Origin: Longimicrobiales bacterium
GTDB lineage: Bacteria; Gemmatimonadota; Gemmatimonadetes; Longimicrobiales; Gaopeijiaceae
Direction of reading: 5' to 3'
Assembly (NCBI GenBank): GCA_041690395.1
Contig: JAWLHJ010000005.1
Coordinates: forward strand, 82,364-146,363
Length of the DNA stretch: 64,000 bases
Shown piece by piece: positions 52,105 through 61,132 of this stretch. Numbering within the stretch: the stretch's first letter is position 1; each line of letters starts with the position of its first letter. Made by a program: the position numbers and the translations under genes. Below the pieces are notes generated by a model. It was not told the DNA's origin. It saw nothing but the letters and a program-made list of their open reading frames with translations, and did not search any database.

Positions 52105-52354
52105 CGTCCCGCTTCGGCCGGTGGCGCATGGTAAGCGCGATCGGTGCTACGGGCTACCGAGGCCTTCCCCGGCGCCTCGACCTCCCCGCGGCCAACCGGA
52201 AGATCCGACCGGTTCGGACAGGAAGCACCTTCCGGGTCACTCCTCCCGAGCCTGGCACCCGAATCGAAGCGGGCCCGTGTCCGTGAGGCTCTAAAGTGTT
52301 GCAGGACAACGTAATGTACGTATGTGACGGGCGCTCGGCCAAAGTCCTGGCACG

Positions 52355-52370
52355 TGGTACGGTGCGTGCC
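52355..52370 (+). promoter_or_regulatory. sigma-54 promoter candidate for fliA
   Basis: TGGTACG-GTGC-GTGCC, same variant as the fliL candidate; exact GG/GC spacing; about 33-nt predicted leader to ATG 52414. Confidence 0.45.
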
Positions 52371-52413
52371 CTTAAGGGGTGCAGCCAACGCTGGGAACTC
52401 TGGAGAGAGCGAC

Positions 52414-53172
52414 ATGGAACACACGACTACCGGGTGGGACGCGGCTCAGAGCGGGACGGACGTCGCTGCGCGTGACGATCTGATCTCACGGCACATGAGG
52501 CTGGTGCATCACGTCGCGCGGCAGGTGATGCGATCCACAAGCGCGGACGTCGACCTGGACGAGCTCGTCAGCGCTGGAGCCGTTGGGCTCATGAAGGCCA
52601 TTGAGAACTTCGATCCTTCGCGGGGCCTCGCGTTCAGCACGTATGCCGCGCCCAGAATTCGGGGCTCGGTGCTCGACGATCTGCGAAGGAGAGATCACGC
52701 ACCCCGATCGATCCGGAAGAAGCAGCGCGACATCTCGCGCGCCACGGAGAAGCTGCAGGCGGAGCTGGGGCGCGCTCCGTCGCCGGACGAAGTGGCGAAC
52801 GAGCTCGGAATCGACGTGACCAAGCTGTGGAAGTGGGAGCGAGAAACTGAGTATGCGGGGCGGGTGTCCATCGATGCCACCGTCGACTCCGGGTATGGTC
52901 GCGCCATGGCCCCGAAGGACGTGCTCGCCGGTGACGACGAAGTGAGCGTCGAGGAGGAGATCACTCGGAAAGAAGAAGTGGCGTTCCTGCGTGACGAGAT
53001 CCTCAACCTGAAGGAACAGGAGCGCCTCGTGCTCTCCCTGTACTACTTCGAGGAGCTCAAGCTCCATGAGATCGCTTCCATTCTCGGCGTCACCGAATCG
53101 CGGATCTCACAGATCAGGTCGCAGGCGGTCGCGAACCTGCGTGGGCGCCTGGGTCATCTTCGGGAGGACTGA
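52414..53172 (+). CDS. fliA: flagellar sigma factor FliA (sigma-28)
   Basis: ATG 52414 after GGAGAG; region 2 (GLMKAIENFDPSRGLAFSTYAAPRIRGSVLD), region 3, region 4.2 HTH (LKLHEIASILGVTESRISQIRSQA). Confidence 0.93.
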   Translation: MEHTTTGWDAAQSGTDVAARDDLISRHMRLVHHVARQVMRSTSADVDLDELVSAGAVGLMKAIENFDPSRGLAFSTYAAPRIRGSVLDDLRRRDHAPRSIRKKQRDISRATEKLQAELGRAPSPDEVANELGIDVTKLWKWERETEYAGRVSIDATVDSGYGRAMAPKDVLAGDDEVSVEEEITRKEEVAFLRDEILNLKEQERLVLSLYYFEELKLHEIASILGVTESRISQIRSQAVANLRGRLGHLRED

Positions 53173-53175
53173 GCC

Positions 53176-53745
53176 ATGAGCCTCCGCCCGACGGTGTTCC
53201 TGATGCGGCCCTTCGCCGAGGGTGTCGCGAATGAGCAGGCCCGTGCCCTCGCTCTCGAGTCGGTACCCGTGGCGCCCACGGAGTTACAGCCCTCTCAGTA
53301 TGTGGCGGCCCAGGTGCGACGGATCCTGAGAGGAGAAGGCGACGCGTCGGTCTGGGCCCGCTTGCACGAGGCGCTGGCCGAAGTCGGGAGTGGCTCGGCT
53401 TCGTTGTCGCTCCCGTCTGCCGTTCCCACGACCGGTGCGTCGCCTGCGCCCGGCGATTGGGTCGCGTTCGCTGGGAGGTGGATGGAGTCGTCCCTGAGCT
53501 CGGCCTACGCACCCTATGCGCTCGCCCTCGCGGCCGCGTGCGTTCTCGTCCTCGCTTTCGCCTTCATCACCAGACGTCGGCAAGGCCGAATGTCGCCGCC
53601 GGAGGCTGTGGCCTCCGGGAATCTCGACCGTAGAGGCCAGGTCCGCGCCCTGGCGGCCACCGGCGTTCCCGTCGCCGATATCGCCCGCCGAATGGGCTTG
53701 TCCCGGGAAGCCGTCGTCGTCCTGACGCGGGTGCGCACGTCGTGA
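53176..53745 (+). CDS. hypothetical single-pass membrane protein with C-terminal HTH-like tail (DUF2802-like?), downstream of fliA
   Basis: ATG 53176 after GGGAGGA; TM YALALAAACVLVLAFAFI then RRRQGR; tail VRALAATGVPVADIARRMGLSREAVVVLTRV; GTGA overlap with flgF. Confidence 0.6.
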   Translation: MSLRPTVFLMRPFAEGVANEQARALALESVPVAPTELQPSQYVAAQVRRILRGEGDASVWARLHEALAEVGSGSASLSLPSAVPTTGASPAPGDWVAFAGRWMESSLSSAYAPYALALAAACVLVLAFAFITRRRQGRMSPPEAVASGNLDRRGQVRALAATGVPVADIARRMGLSREAVVVLTRVRTS

Positions 53746-54431
53746 GGGTCGGGGAGGTGAGCGCTCGGGCGCTCCGGTACTGGGAGCAACGCCAGGCCGC
53801 CATGTCCAACAATCTGGCCAATGTGGAGACGGCCGGATTCAAGGCTGAGCGCGTCTTCGCTCGGCTGCTTGCCGACGGCGACCTCGTGGCCGTGAGCCAG
53901 GCCGACCACGCCGAAGGCTCCCTCACCCCTACGGGACGGGAGTTGGACATCGCCCTCGGCGGTCGCGGATTTCTCGTCGTCGAAACCCCTGAAGGGGAGG
54001 AACGGTGGATTCGAGGTGGCGCTTTGTCCCTGAGCCCCGATGGCATGCTCGTGGACATGGGCGGACGCGCCGTGCTGGGTGAAGCGGGGCCGATCGTCGT
54101 GCCGCCGGGGCAGATCGAGATCACCGCCGCCGGTGAGCTGCGGGTGGACGGGGAGCCGTTCGACCGATTGAGGCTGGAGAGGCCCGGCGACGCGGAGGTC
54201 GTCGAGCGCCGTGGGGCGAATCTCTGGCTTCCGACCGGACTCAAGACCCCCCTCGGTCCGGACGAGATTCAAGTACGCCAGGGCCACCTCGAAGAGAGCA
54301 ACGTGGATCCGGTAGGCTCGCTCGTCGAGATGATCGAGATCCAGCGCGCATATACCGCGATCCAACGTTCGATGCAGACCGAGGACGCGATGATGCAGTC
54401 CATAGCGAGCGAGATCGGCCGCATCGGCTGA
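53742..54431 (+). CDS. flgF: flagellar proximal rod protein FlgF
   Basis: MSNNLANVETAGFK, C-terminal GHLEESNVDPVGSLVEMIEIQRAYTAIQRSMQ. Confidence 0.88.
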   Translation: MRVGEVSARALRYWEQRQAAMSNNLANVETAGFKAERVFARLLADGDLVAVSQADHAEGSLTPTGRELDIALGGRGFLVVETPEGEERWIRGGALSLSPDGMLVDMGGRAVLGEAGPIVVPPGQIEITAAGELRVDGEPFDRLRLERPGDAEVVERRGANLWLPTGLKTPLGPDEIQVRQGHLEESNVDPVGSLVEMIEIQRAYTAIQRSMQTEDAMMQSIASEIGRIG

Positions 54432-54462
54432 TCCGAACGAATCTCAAGACGGAAGAAATCCC

Positions 54463-55251
54463 ATGGATCCAGCACTTCGCGCCGCTGCCACAGGCATGCA
54501 GGCACAGCAAACGAGAGTCGAAGTCATCTCCAACAACCTGGCGAACGTGAACACCACCGGGTTCAAGCGGAGCCGAGCGCACTTCGAAGACCTGCTCTAC
54601 CAGACGCGGCAAGGTGCACAGGCCATCGACGGTGCCGACAGCGAAACGACCGGGGCCGTCCAGATCGGTCGGGGCACTCGCCTGTCGGCGGTTCAGCGCG
54701 TGCACAATCAGGGAGGTGTCGAGCAGACCGGGCGGGCTCTGGATCTGGCCATCGAAGGAGAGGGGTTCTTCCAGGTGGAGCTTCCGGACGGCACCATCGG
54801 CTACACGCGTGACGGCTCGCTGGAGATCTCCGATCAGGGGACCCTCGTCACGAGCGGTGGCTACACCATCGTACCTGGGATCGCGATTCCGACCGATTCG
54901 GCCGAGCTCACCGTGTCGCGCACCGGTGTCGTCTCGGTGAGCACGGTGGGGGACGCCAGACCTCTGGAGGTCGGCCGGCTGGAGATGGCCCGCTTCACGA
55001 ACCCATCGGGACTGCGAGCGATGGGTGAGAATCTGTATACCGCGACGGGGGCGTCCGGGGAGCCGCTCCTCGGGTTCGCGCAGGAAGGCGGCTTCGGTCG
55101 CGTGCTGCAGGGCTCCCTCGAGGGCAGCAACGTCGAGATCGTGCAAGAGATGGTCGACATGATCACGGCCATGCGCGCCTACGAGATCAACTCCAAGGCC
55201 GTGCAGTCCGCCGAGGAGTTGTCCGAGATCGCCAACAGCCTGGTCCGATGA
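54463..55251 (+). CDS. flgG: flagellar distal rod protein FlgG
   Basis: ALRAAATGMQAQQTRVEVISNNLANVNTTGFK, GSLEGSNVEIVQEMVDMITAMRAYEINSKAVQ. Confidence 0.95.
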   Translation: MDPALRAAATGMQAQQTRVEVISNNLANVNTTGFKRSRAHFEDLLYQTRQGAQAIDGADSETTGAVQIGRGTRLSAVQRVHNQGGVEQTGRALDLAIEGEGFFQVELPDGTIGYTRDGSLEISDQGTLVTSGGYTIVPGIAIPTDSAELTVSRTGVVSVSTVGDARPLEVGRLEMARFTNPSGLRAMGENLYTATGASGEPLLGFAQEGGFGRVLQGSLEGSNVEIVQEMVDMITAMRAYEINSKAVQSAEELSEIANSLVR

Positions 55252-55964
55252 CGATGTCCCGGGTCGATCTCTTCCTCGCCATTGCGCTCGCCGCGGTCAC
55301 GTCGCTTCCGGAGCTCGTCTCGGCGCAGGCCGCTCCCTGGCCGACCGAAGTGGTCGAAGACGTCGTCCGGCTCGTCTCGGACCAACTCGATGCTCCCGCC
55401 GACGAGATCGTGCTCGAGTGGGGGCCCTACCGTGGCGAACCGGTTCGTCGGGATGCCCCGGTGGAGTTGAAGGGGAGTGGCGCGGGCGGGTACTGGATCG
55501 TGCGTACGGAGCAGGTGGATGGTGGAAGCGCCAGCGTCCGCGTGCGAGCCGGCCGACGCTTGGTCACAGCCGTCGCGGCGCGGAGCGTGGCCCGCGGTGC
55601 GGCGCTCACCGCTGAGGACATCACCACGGAGCCTCGTCTGGCTTGGGGACGGGTGGAGGCGGATTCGTCGTCGGTCCGATCCGGTTGGGTCGCACAGCGT
55701 CCCTTGAGGCCGGGCGACGAGCTCGTCACTCCGGCCGTGCGCCCTCCGTTGGCGGTGCTGTCGGGGCGTCCTGTGGAGATCCGATGGGATCGGGGGTCGG
55801 TACGGGTCATCGTGGCGGGAATCGCCTCCGGCTCGGCGTCCGTGGGAGAGCGCGTGACCGTCCGCACCTCGTCCGGCCGACGGCTGGTGGGCGTGGTCGA
55901 GGGATCGGGCATCGTGGACGTGAGCGCTCGAGGAACCCCCTTATCCGGAGGTGGCGCACGATGA
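55248..55964 (+). CDS. flgA: P-ring assembly chaperone FlgA
   Basis: ATGA overlap; signal peptide, SAF-like LTAEDIT, C-terminal GIASGSASVGERVTVRTSSGRRLVGVVEGSGIV. Confidence 0.85.
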   Translation: MTMSRVDLFLAIALAAVTSLPELVSAQAAPWPTEVVEDVVRLVSDQLDAPADEIVLEWGPYRGEPVRRDAPVELKGSGAGGYWIVRTEQVDGGSASVRVRAGRRLVTAVAARSVARGAALTAEDITTEPRLAWGRVEADSSSVRSGWVAQRPLRPGDELVTPAVRPPLAVLSGRPVEIRWDRGSVRVIVAGIASGSASVGERVTVRTSSGRRLVGVVEGSGIVDVSARGTPLSGGGAR

Positions 55965-56545
55965 GAACCTCGATGGGCATGCCGGTGGCGGTGTGCGTGG
56001 CTGCCTTACTCTTCGGCGCCGCAGCCGCCTCGTCCCAGGAAGTCGCGCCGGTGAGGAGCTCCTGGACATCGGACGCCTTTCCGGTGCGTGCCGGGGATAT
56101 CGTGACGATCCTCATCGACGAGTTCACCGTGGCCAGCGCCGACAGGGACGAAACGAACGCGCGTGAGCGAGATCGCGACGTCGGAGTTCGGGCGAACCCG
56201 TCCGGCACGTCGCTCGGCGGCGGGCTCCGTACGCAGAACGACGCGTCCAACCGCACGCGAGGGTCTTCGTCTCGAAGGGAACGGTTCACGGCGGAGCTCA
56301 GCGCTCGCGTGGTGGAGCTTCTACCCAACGGTGTCGCTCGGGTCGAGGGGACCAAGCGGGTCCAGATCGACAAACACGAGCAGGAAGTGCTCGTGCGCGG
56401 CTTCGTGAGGATCCAGGACATCACCGCGGACAACACGGTGCCTTCCTGGAAGATCGCGAACGCCGAGCTCGTCTATGACTCCAACGAGGAGCTCGGCAAG
56501 GCCGGTGGTATCTGGTCGAAGCTCCTGGACCTGATCGTGCCATGA
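55961..56545 (+). CDS. flgH: flagellar L-ring protein FlgH
   Basis: ATGA overlap; AGDIVTILIDEFTVASADRDE..., LPNGVARVEGTKRVQIDKHEQEVLVRGFVRIQDI. Confidence 0.9.
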   Translation: MRTSMGMPVAVCVAALLFGAAAASSQEVAPVRSSWTSDAFPVRAGDIVTILIDEFTVASADRDETNARERDRDVGVRANPSGTSLGGGLRTQNDASNRTRGSSSRRERFTAELSARVVELLPNGVARVEGTKRVQIDKHEQEVLVRGFVRIQDITADNTVPSWKIANAELVYDSNEELGKAGGIWSKLLDLIVP

Positions 56546-57663
56546 TACGCTGGACGGGGGAAACCGCAGCGGGTGTCGAGGAAGCGCCCCTGAGCAACGC
56601 GACGCTGCGACGGATGGAGGCCTGGATGCATGTGGTGGCTGCCATCGTGACGCTCGCTCTTCTGGTCACGGCGGTAGCCGTGGGCGCGCAGGAGACGCGC
56701 ATCAGCGATCTGACCGTGGGCGGGGGCGAGGTTCCCGTCCGACTCGTCGGATACGGCCTGGTCGTCGGGCTCGACGGCACGGGTGACCGGGTGGTCGGGG
56801 GGTTCTCCTCGGGCCATACCGTGCGCTCCGTCGCCAACTTGCTCAGGCGGTTCGACGTCGAGGTTCCGGAGAACATGCTCCGGACCCGGAACGTCGCGGC
56901 AGTGCTGGTGACGGCGGAGGTATCGCCGTACCTGCGTCCTGGAGGGCGCTTCGACATCCATGTCTCCTCCTTGGGAGATGCCCAATCCCTTCGGGGCGGG
57001 GTCCTGTGGATCACGCCGCTGCAGAGCGGACCTTCGATCGATCCCGTCGCGTCGGCGCAGGGACCGCTGTTGATCAGCGAAGGTTCGGCGAGCAGCAATC
57101 GATACGCCGTCGAGACCACGGCGGCCCTGCCGGGAGGTGGGATCCTGGAGCAGCCCCTCCCCCGACTGGAGTTCGGCGTCGCCCCGGTGCTGCACCTCCG
57201 GCGTCCCGATCTCGTCACGGCGTCACGCATCGCGGAGGCGATCAACCTGAGCGTGGCCCCGGGTGTCGCGGTGGTCGAAGATCCGGGCTCCATATCCCTC
57301 ACGCTGGCGGATGGCATGGAGCCGTGGGATGCGGCGCGCCTTGCCGAGATCGGCAATCTCCCGGTCCAGCCGGGCCGCTCCGCGCGCGTCGTGATCGACA
57401 GTCGGTCGGGGACCGTCATCGCCGGGGGCGACATCACCATCGGTGAGGCGGTGGTCAGCTACGGGGAGCTGACGCTCGCCATTGGCGCATCGGCGCCCGC
57501 GGATCCTCTGGTCTTCGGAGACCTTCGCATGAATCCCGGCGCTTCGGTGCAGGACATCGCCGCCGCCCTCCACGGCGTCGCAGCGCGGCCGGAAGCCATC
57601 GCGGCGGTGTTCGAGTCGCTGCGCCAGGTCGGCGCGCTCACGGCGGAGGTGACCCTCCGATGA
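56542..57663 (+). CDS. flgI: flagellar P-ring protein FlgI
   Basis: RISDLTVGGGEVPVRLVGYGLVVGLDGTGD, ...ALHGVAARPEAIAAVFESLRQVGALTAEV; start may be ATG 56614. Confidence 0.93.
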   Translation: MIRWTGETAAGVEEAPLSNATLRRMEAWMHVVAAIVTLALLVTAVAVGAQETRISDLTVGGGEVPVRLVGYGLVVGLDGTGDRVVGGFSSGHTVRSVANLLRRFDVEVPENMLRTRNVAAVLVTAEVSPYLRPGGRFDIHVSSLGDAQSLRGGVLWITPLQSGPSIDPVASAQGPLLISEGSASSNRYAVETTAALPGGGILEQPLPRLEFGVAPVLHLRRPDLVTASRIAEAINLSVAPGVAVVEDPGSISLTLADGMEPWDAARLAEIGNLPVQPGRSARVVIDSRSGTVIAGGDITIGEAVVSYGELTLAIGASAPADPLVFGDLRMNPGASVQDIAAALHGVAARPEAIAAVFESLRQVGALTAEVTLR

Positions 57664-58043
57664 CCGGTGCGATCGGCGGGAGCGGCGGACGCGCCGCCAT
57701 CGGCCCTACCGCACCGGGACCCGGTGGAGATGGGCTGCAGGCGCTGAAGGATGGTCGGGTGGAGGGAGACGCCCAGCGGCTTCGAACGGCCACCCAACTC
57801 CTCGAGGGCACCTTCTATCAGGAGGTCTTCAAGGCCATGCGCGCCACGGTGCCAGAGGGGGGGATGGTGTCCGGCGGATCCGGTGAGGAGATCTTCACGG
57901 GGATGCTGGATCAGACCGTCGCCGACGCGGCCGCGGCTCGAAACGATGGTGGTCTCGGGAGCGCTCTGTACCGGTACCTGACACAACGCATCCATGGCGG
58001 TGCTTCACCGACCCCGGGGCCGCACGGAGAAGGCGCCCCGTGA
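57660..58043 (+). CDS. flgJ: FlgJ-like rod-binding protein (single domain, no glycosidase domain)
   Basis: ATGA overlap; Rod_binding pattern ATQLLEGTFYQEVFKAMRATV...EIFTGMLDQTVADAAA...GLGSALYRYL; 127 aa in total. Confidence 0.82.
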   Translation: MTGAIGGSGGRAAIGPTAPGPGGDGLQALKDGRVEGDAQRLRTATQLLEGTFYQEVFKAMRATVPEGGMVSGGSGEEIFTGMLDQTVADAAAARNDGGLGSALYRYLTQRIHGGASPTPGPHGEGAP

Positions 58044-58573
58044 TCGCCCAGACGGTGGGTGCCGAGGAGCCTTCGGTCAGTGTGAGCAGCCGTCGCGACC
58101 GCTGGCCGGAGCTGGGTGAGGCGTTCGATACGGAGCGTCGCCTCCTCGGCGAGCTGATACGTATCCTCTTGCATCAGCGGGAGGGCTTGTCAGGGAATGA
58201 CGTGGAGATCCTCGACGACTCCGTCTACTCGGCGCAGCGCGTGCTCCTGACCCTCCACGAGGCCCGACGACGGAGACAGAGCCTGCTCAAGCTCCTCCTT
58301 CCGGGGGAAGCGGTGAATCTGTCCTCCCTGCGTGACGAGCTCGTCGGAGCACCGGCCGCGACGCTGGAGGCACTCGACCGGCTCCTGGACGCGGCACAGG
58401 CGCTGCGCCGCGAGCTCGGCATCAATCGCACCGCGATTCAGGGCGCCGCCAGCATCGGAGACGGACTGATCCGGGCGCTCACGCGTTCGGCCGGCCGGGC
58501 GACCTCGTACGCCAGACACACCGACGGAAGCCCGGCCGCTCCTTCCGGTGTGCTGCTGGACCGCCAAGGTTAG
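58040..58573 (+). CDS. flgN: FlgN-like export chaperone (putative)
   Basis: GTGA overlap; helical 177-aa protein directly upstream of flgK; LLGELIRILLHQREGL... resembles FlgN; call rests largely on position. Confidence 0.5.
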   Translation: MIAQTVGAEEPSVSVSSRRDRWPELGEAFDTERRLLGELIRILLHQREGLSGNDVEILDDSVYSAQRVLLTLHEARRRRQSLLKLLLPGEAVNLSSLRDELVGAPAATLEALDRLLDAAQALRRELGINRTAIQGAASIGDGLIRALTRSAGRATSYARHTDGSPAAPSGVLLDRQG

Positions 58574-58582
58574 GAGGCGTCG

Positions 58583-59956
58583 ATGCCCTCTCTCGGAAGC
58601 ATTCTCCAGATCGCGACCAGCGGCCTTCGGACCCAGCAGCAGGCTCTGAACGTCACCGCGCACAACATCGCGAACGCGTCGACGGAGGGGTATTCGCGAC
58701 AGCGCGCGGTGCTCACCGCCACGCCGGGGGTGCACCTGGCCGACGGGGTCTTTGGCAGCGGTGCCGGCGTCTCCGACATCCAGAGCGTACGCGATGGGCT
58801 CCTGGACGCGGCGTATTTTCGTGAGGTGTCCGCCTCCAGCGAGTTCGATGGCCGCGCGGCGATGCTGGGGCGTGTCGAAGGGCTCTTCGAGGAGCCGTCG
58901 GAGCTCGGCCTGGCCGCCGCCCTCGACCGCTTCCATTCAGCTTGGAGCGAGCTGTCGGCCAACCCGTCCAGCAGCCCGGTCCGCACCGTGCTGCGACAGA
59001 CCGCGTCGGTGCTGACCCGGCAATTCCACGAGCTGGCGGCGGGTCTCGACACCATCCGCCAGGAAGCCGAGGCCCGGCTCCAACAGGGCGTGGATTCGGC
59101 CAACTCGCTCATGTCCCGGATCGGAGACCTGAATCGCCAGATCGTGTCCACCGAATCAGACGGCACGACCGCCGGGGATCTGCGGGACGCTCGAGGCCGT
59201 GCCCTCGCCGAGCTCGCGGATCTGCTGCCGATTCAGGCCGTGGAGCGCGACAATGGAAGTATGGGTGTCATCATATCCGGCGTCACGGTGGTCGACGGAG
59301 CGGAGTCGTTGAGTCTCGAGGCTCGGGCCTCCGGGGGGGGCTGGGAGATCGGCGTCGTCGGGCGCACGGGGGCGCTGGGCGACGGTGGACGACTGGGTGG
59401 CCTCATGGATGTGGTCAACTCGGACTTGCCGGAGGTGAGACAAGGCCTCGACGATCTCGCCGCGGCTCTCGTGGAGGAGACGAATCTTCTCCATCGGACG
59501 GGGACCAATCCCGACGGCGGGACCGGAATCGACTTCTTCGACCCGGCCGGCCTGACGGCCTCTTCCATCGGACTGTCCGCGGAGGTGCGGGCCGACGCGG
59601 GAGCGATCGCCGCGGGTACACCGGACGGAAGTGGTGACTACCGTGCCGGTGCGAACGATGTCGCTCTGGGACTGGCCGCACTCCGGGACGCGACACTCGG
59701 GTCCTTGGGCGTGTCGGGCGCCGAGCACTACCGGGGGCTGGTGTCCTCGGTCGGTGTTGCCGTACGTTCGATGGATCAAGCCGCTGAATCCCACCGGATT
59801 CTCGCGGACCAGGCCGACATTCGACGGATGCGGGTCAGTGGGGTCTCCGTGGACGAGGAGCTCGTCAAGATGATCGAGTTCCAGCGCGCGTATCAGGCCT
59901 CCGCCCGGGTCATCAGCGCGGCCGACGAGATGCTCCAGTCCTTGCTGGCGGTGTGA
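58583..59956 (+). CDS. flgK: flagellar hook-associated protein 1 FlgK
   Basis: AGGAGG RBS; SLGSILQIATSGLRTQQQALNVTAHNIANASTEGYSRQ, C-terminal VSVDEELVKMIEFQRAYQASARVISAADEMLQSLL. Confidence 0.93.
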   Translation: MPSLGSILQIATSGLRTQQQALNVTAHNIANASTEGYSRQRAVLTATPGVHLADGVFGSGAGVSDIQSVRDGLLDAAYFREVSASSEFDGRAAMLGRVEGLFEEPSELGLAAALDRFHSAWSELSANPSSSPVRTVLRQTASVLTRQFHELAAGLDTIRQEAEARLQQGVDSANSLMSRIGDLNRQIVSTESDGTTAGDLRDARGRALAELADLLPIQAVERDNGSMGVIISGVTVVDGAESLSLEARASGGGWEIGVVGRTGALGDGGRLGGLMDVVNSDLPEVRQGLDDLAAALVEETNLLHRTGTNPDGGTGIDFFDPAGLTASSIGLSAEVRADAGAIAAGTPDGSGDYRAGANDVALGLAALRDATLGSLGVSGAEHYRGLVSSVGVAVRSMDQAAESHRILADQADIRRMRVSGVSVDEELVKMIEFQRAYQASARVISAADEMLQSLLAV

Positions 59957-60010
59957 TCCGATTCGATCGGCCCGCCTTCGAGGGCGGCTCCTTCAACTCG
60001 AGTTGGGTTC

Positions 60011-60283
60011 ATGCTGATCCTGAGTCGCAAGCCTGGCGACGCCGTGCTGATCGACGGTGGCATTCGCATTGTCGTCCTGTCGACGGACGGAGGAGGCGTG
60101 CGCCTGGGTATCGAGGCGCCGGCGTCCGTCGGCATCGTGCGGGAAGAGATCGCTCGGGATATCGCCGAAGAGAACGTACGGGCCGGAGCAACGCCCGAGA
60201 CGCGCGCATGGCTCGAGGCGTTGGGCTCGGACCCCGCTGAACCGGCGGAGGTCACGGACGCGGACTCCGCCGACGAAGTGTGA
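60011..60283 (+). CDS. csrA: carbon storage/translational regulator CsrA with extended C-terminus
   Basis: MLILSRKPGDAVLIDGGIRIVVLSTDGGGVRLGIEAPASVGIVREEI is canonical CsrA; followed by a ~40-aa acidic extension. Confidence 0.92.
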   Translation: MLILSRKPGDAVLIDGGIRIVVLSTDGGGVRLGIEAPASVGIVREEIARDIAEENVRAGATPETRAWLEALGSDPAEPAEVTDADSADEV

Positions 60284-60368
60284 CCGAAGCTTCGCATCGC
60301 CACGTGGTGGAGGAGCAACGTCACGGGACATCGGCCACTCGACCCCGGCCTGGACGGGGGCGCCGAGG

Positions 60369-61007
60369 TTACTTCGAGGCGCGGGACACCTCGAGGGACG
60401 GGAAGGAGACCGTCGCGCCGTCTGCCGTCACCGAACACGAGCCCGCATCCATGGCGAAGACCGCCGACAGGGCGGCGGTCCATGGGCCCGGGGGCACGGG
60501 CGCCACGGAGGGGATGTCGATGTGGGCCGCCTTCGCGTCACCGCGGACCACCACGGGCCTGTCCAGTCGGTCCCAGTCGCCTCCCAGACGATCGATGAGG
60601 AGCGCCATGGCCCGGACGGTCCTGCCTGCTCCCACCAGGACTGCCGGCGTCCCGTCCGCGACCGAAACGCGAGGCGGACGGACATAACCCTTGTCGCGCG
60701 CCTTCGCGTGCATGCTGAGCGCCTCGGCCACGAGGTCCTGAGGTAGCCGGGCTTCCGCACCGGCCTCCGGATTCGCGGGAATGAGCTGAAGCAATCGGGC
60801 GAGTTGCTCCAGCTTCGCGGTCTCGTCCTGGAATGCCTCCGGTACGGGCTCCCCGAGCTGCATGAGCTGTGTCACCGCCATGAGCGAGCTGACGCGGCTG
60901 TTCAGATCGTGACACACGCCCCGGATGATCCTGTCGACGAGCGCGCTCCAGCCGGCGCTTTCCAGGAGCGAGCCTGCGGTCGTGGGAGGATAGTCGTCCG
61001 TTGTCAC
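60369..61007 (-). CDS. small histidine-kinase-like protein with degenerate ATPase domain
   Basis: GTG 61005-61007 after GGAG; DHp-like IIRGVCHDLNSRVSSLMAV; C-terminal half lacks recognisable N/G boxes. Confidence 0.45.
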   Translation of the reverse strand: MTTDDYPPTTAGSLLESAGWSALVDRIIRGVCHDLNSRVSSLMAVTQLMQLGEPVPEAFQDETAKLEQLARLLQLIPANPEAGAEARLPQDLVAEALSMHAKARDKGYVRPPRVSVADGTPAVLVGAGRTVRAMALLIDRLGGDWDRLDRPVVVRGDAKAAHIDIPSVAPVPPGPWTAALSAVFAMDAGSCSVTADGATVSFPSLEVSRASK

Positions 61008-61014
61008 TCGTCGC

Positions 61015-61041
61015 TCCAGTTCACACGCGGGCTGTCGATAC
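61015..61041 (+). promoter_or_regulatory. weak sigma-28-type promoter candidate for motAB
   Basis: TCCA-N15-GTCGATAC; -10 is 6/8, -35 only 2/4. Confidence 0.25.
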
Positions 61042-61132
61042 TGGTACGTGCGGGAAGGATCCCGCGCCAGGGCATCGAGTCGGTGGGCGCGTCGCGTCGG
61101 CCGCAAGGCAAGGAAGCCACAGGGGGCCCTCA

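Noticed and set aside
52283-52325. CTAAAGTGTTGCAGGACAACGTAATGTACGTATG upstream of fliA, considered as a sigma-28 (TAAA-N15-GCCGATAA) or sigma-70 promoter.
   Set aside because: The -10 region (GTAATGTA) matches GCCGATAA poorly. A TTGCAG-N16-TATGTG sigma-70 reading is possible but weak. It is kept only as an alternative to the sigma-54 candidate.
59957-60010. A hairpin between flgK and csrA as a terminator.
   Set aside because: Only a 5-bp CCGCC/GGCGG stem can form and there is no U tract. csrA is more likely co-transcribed with flgK.
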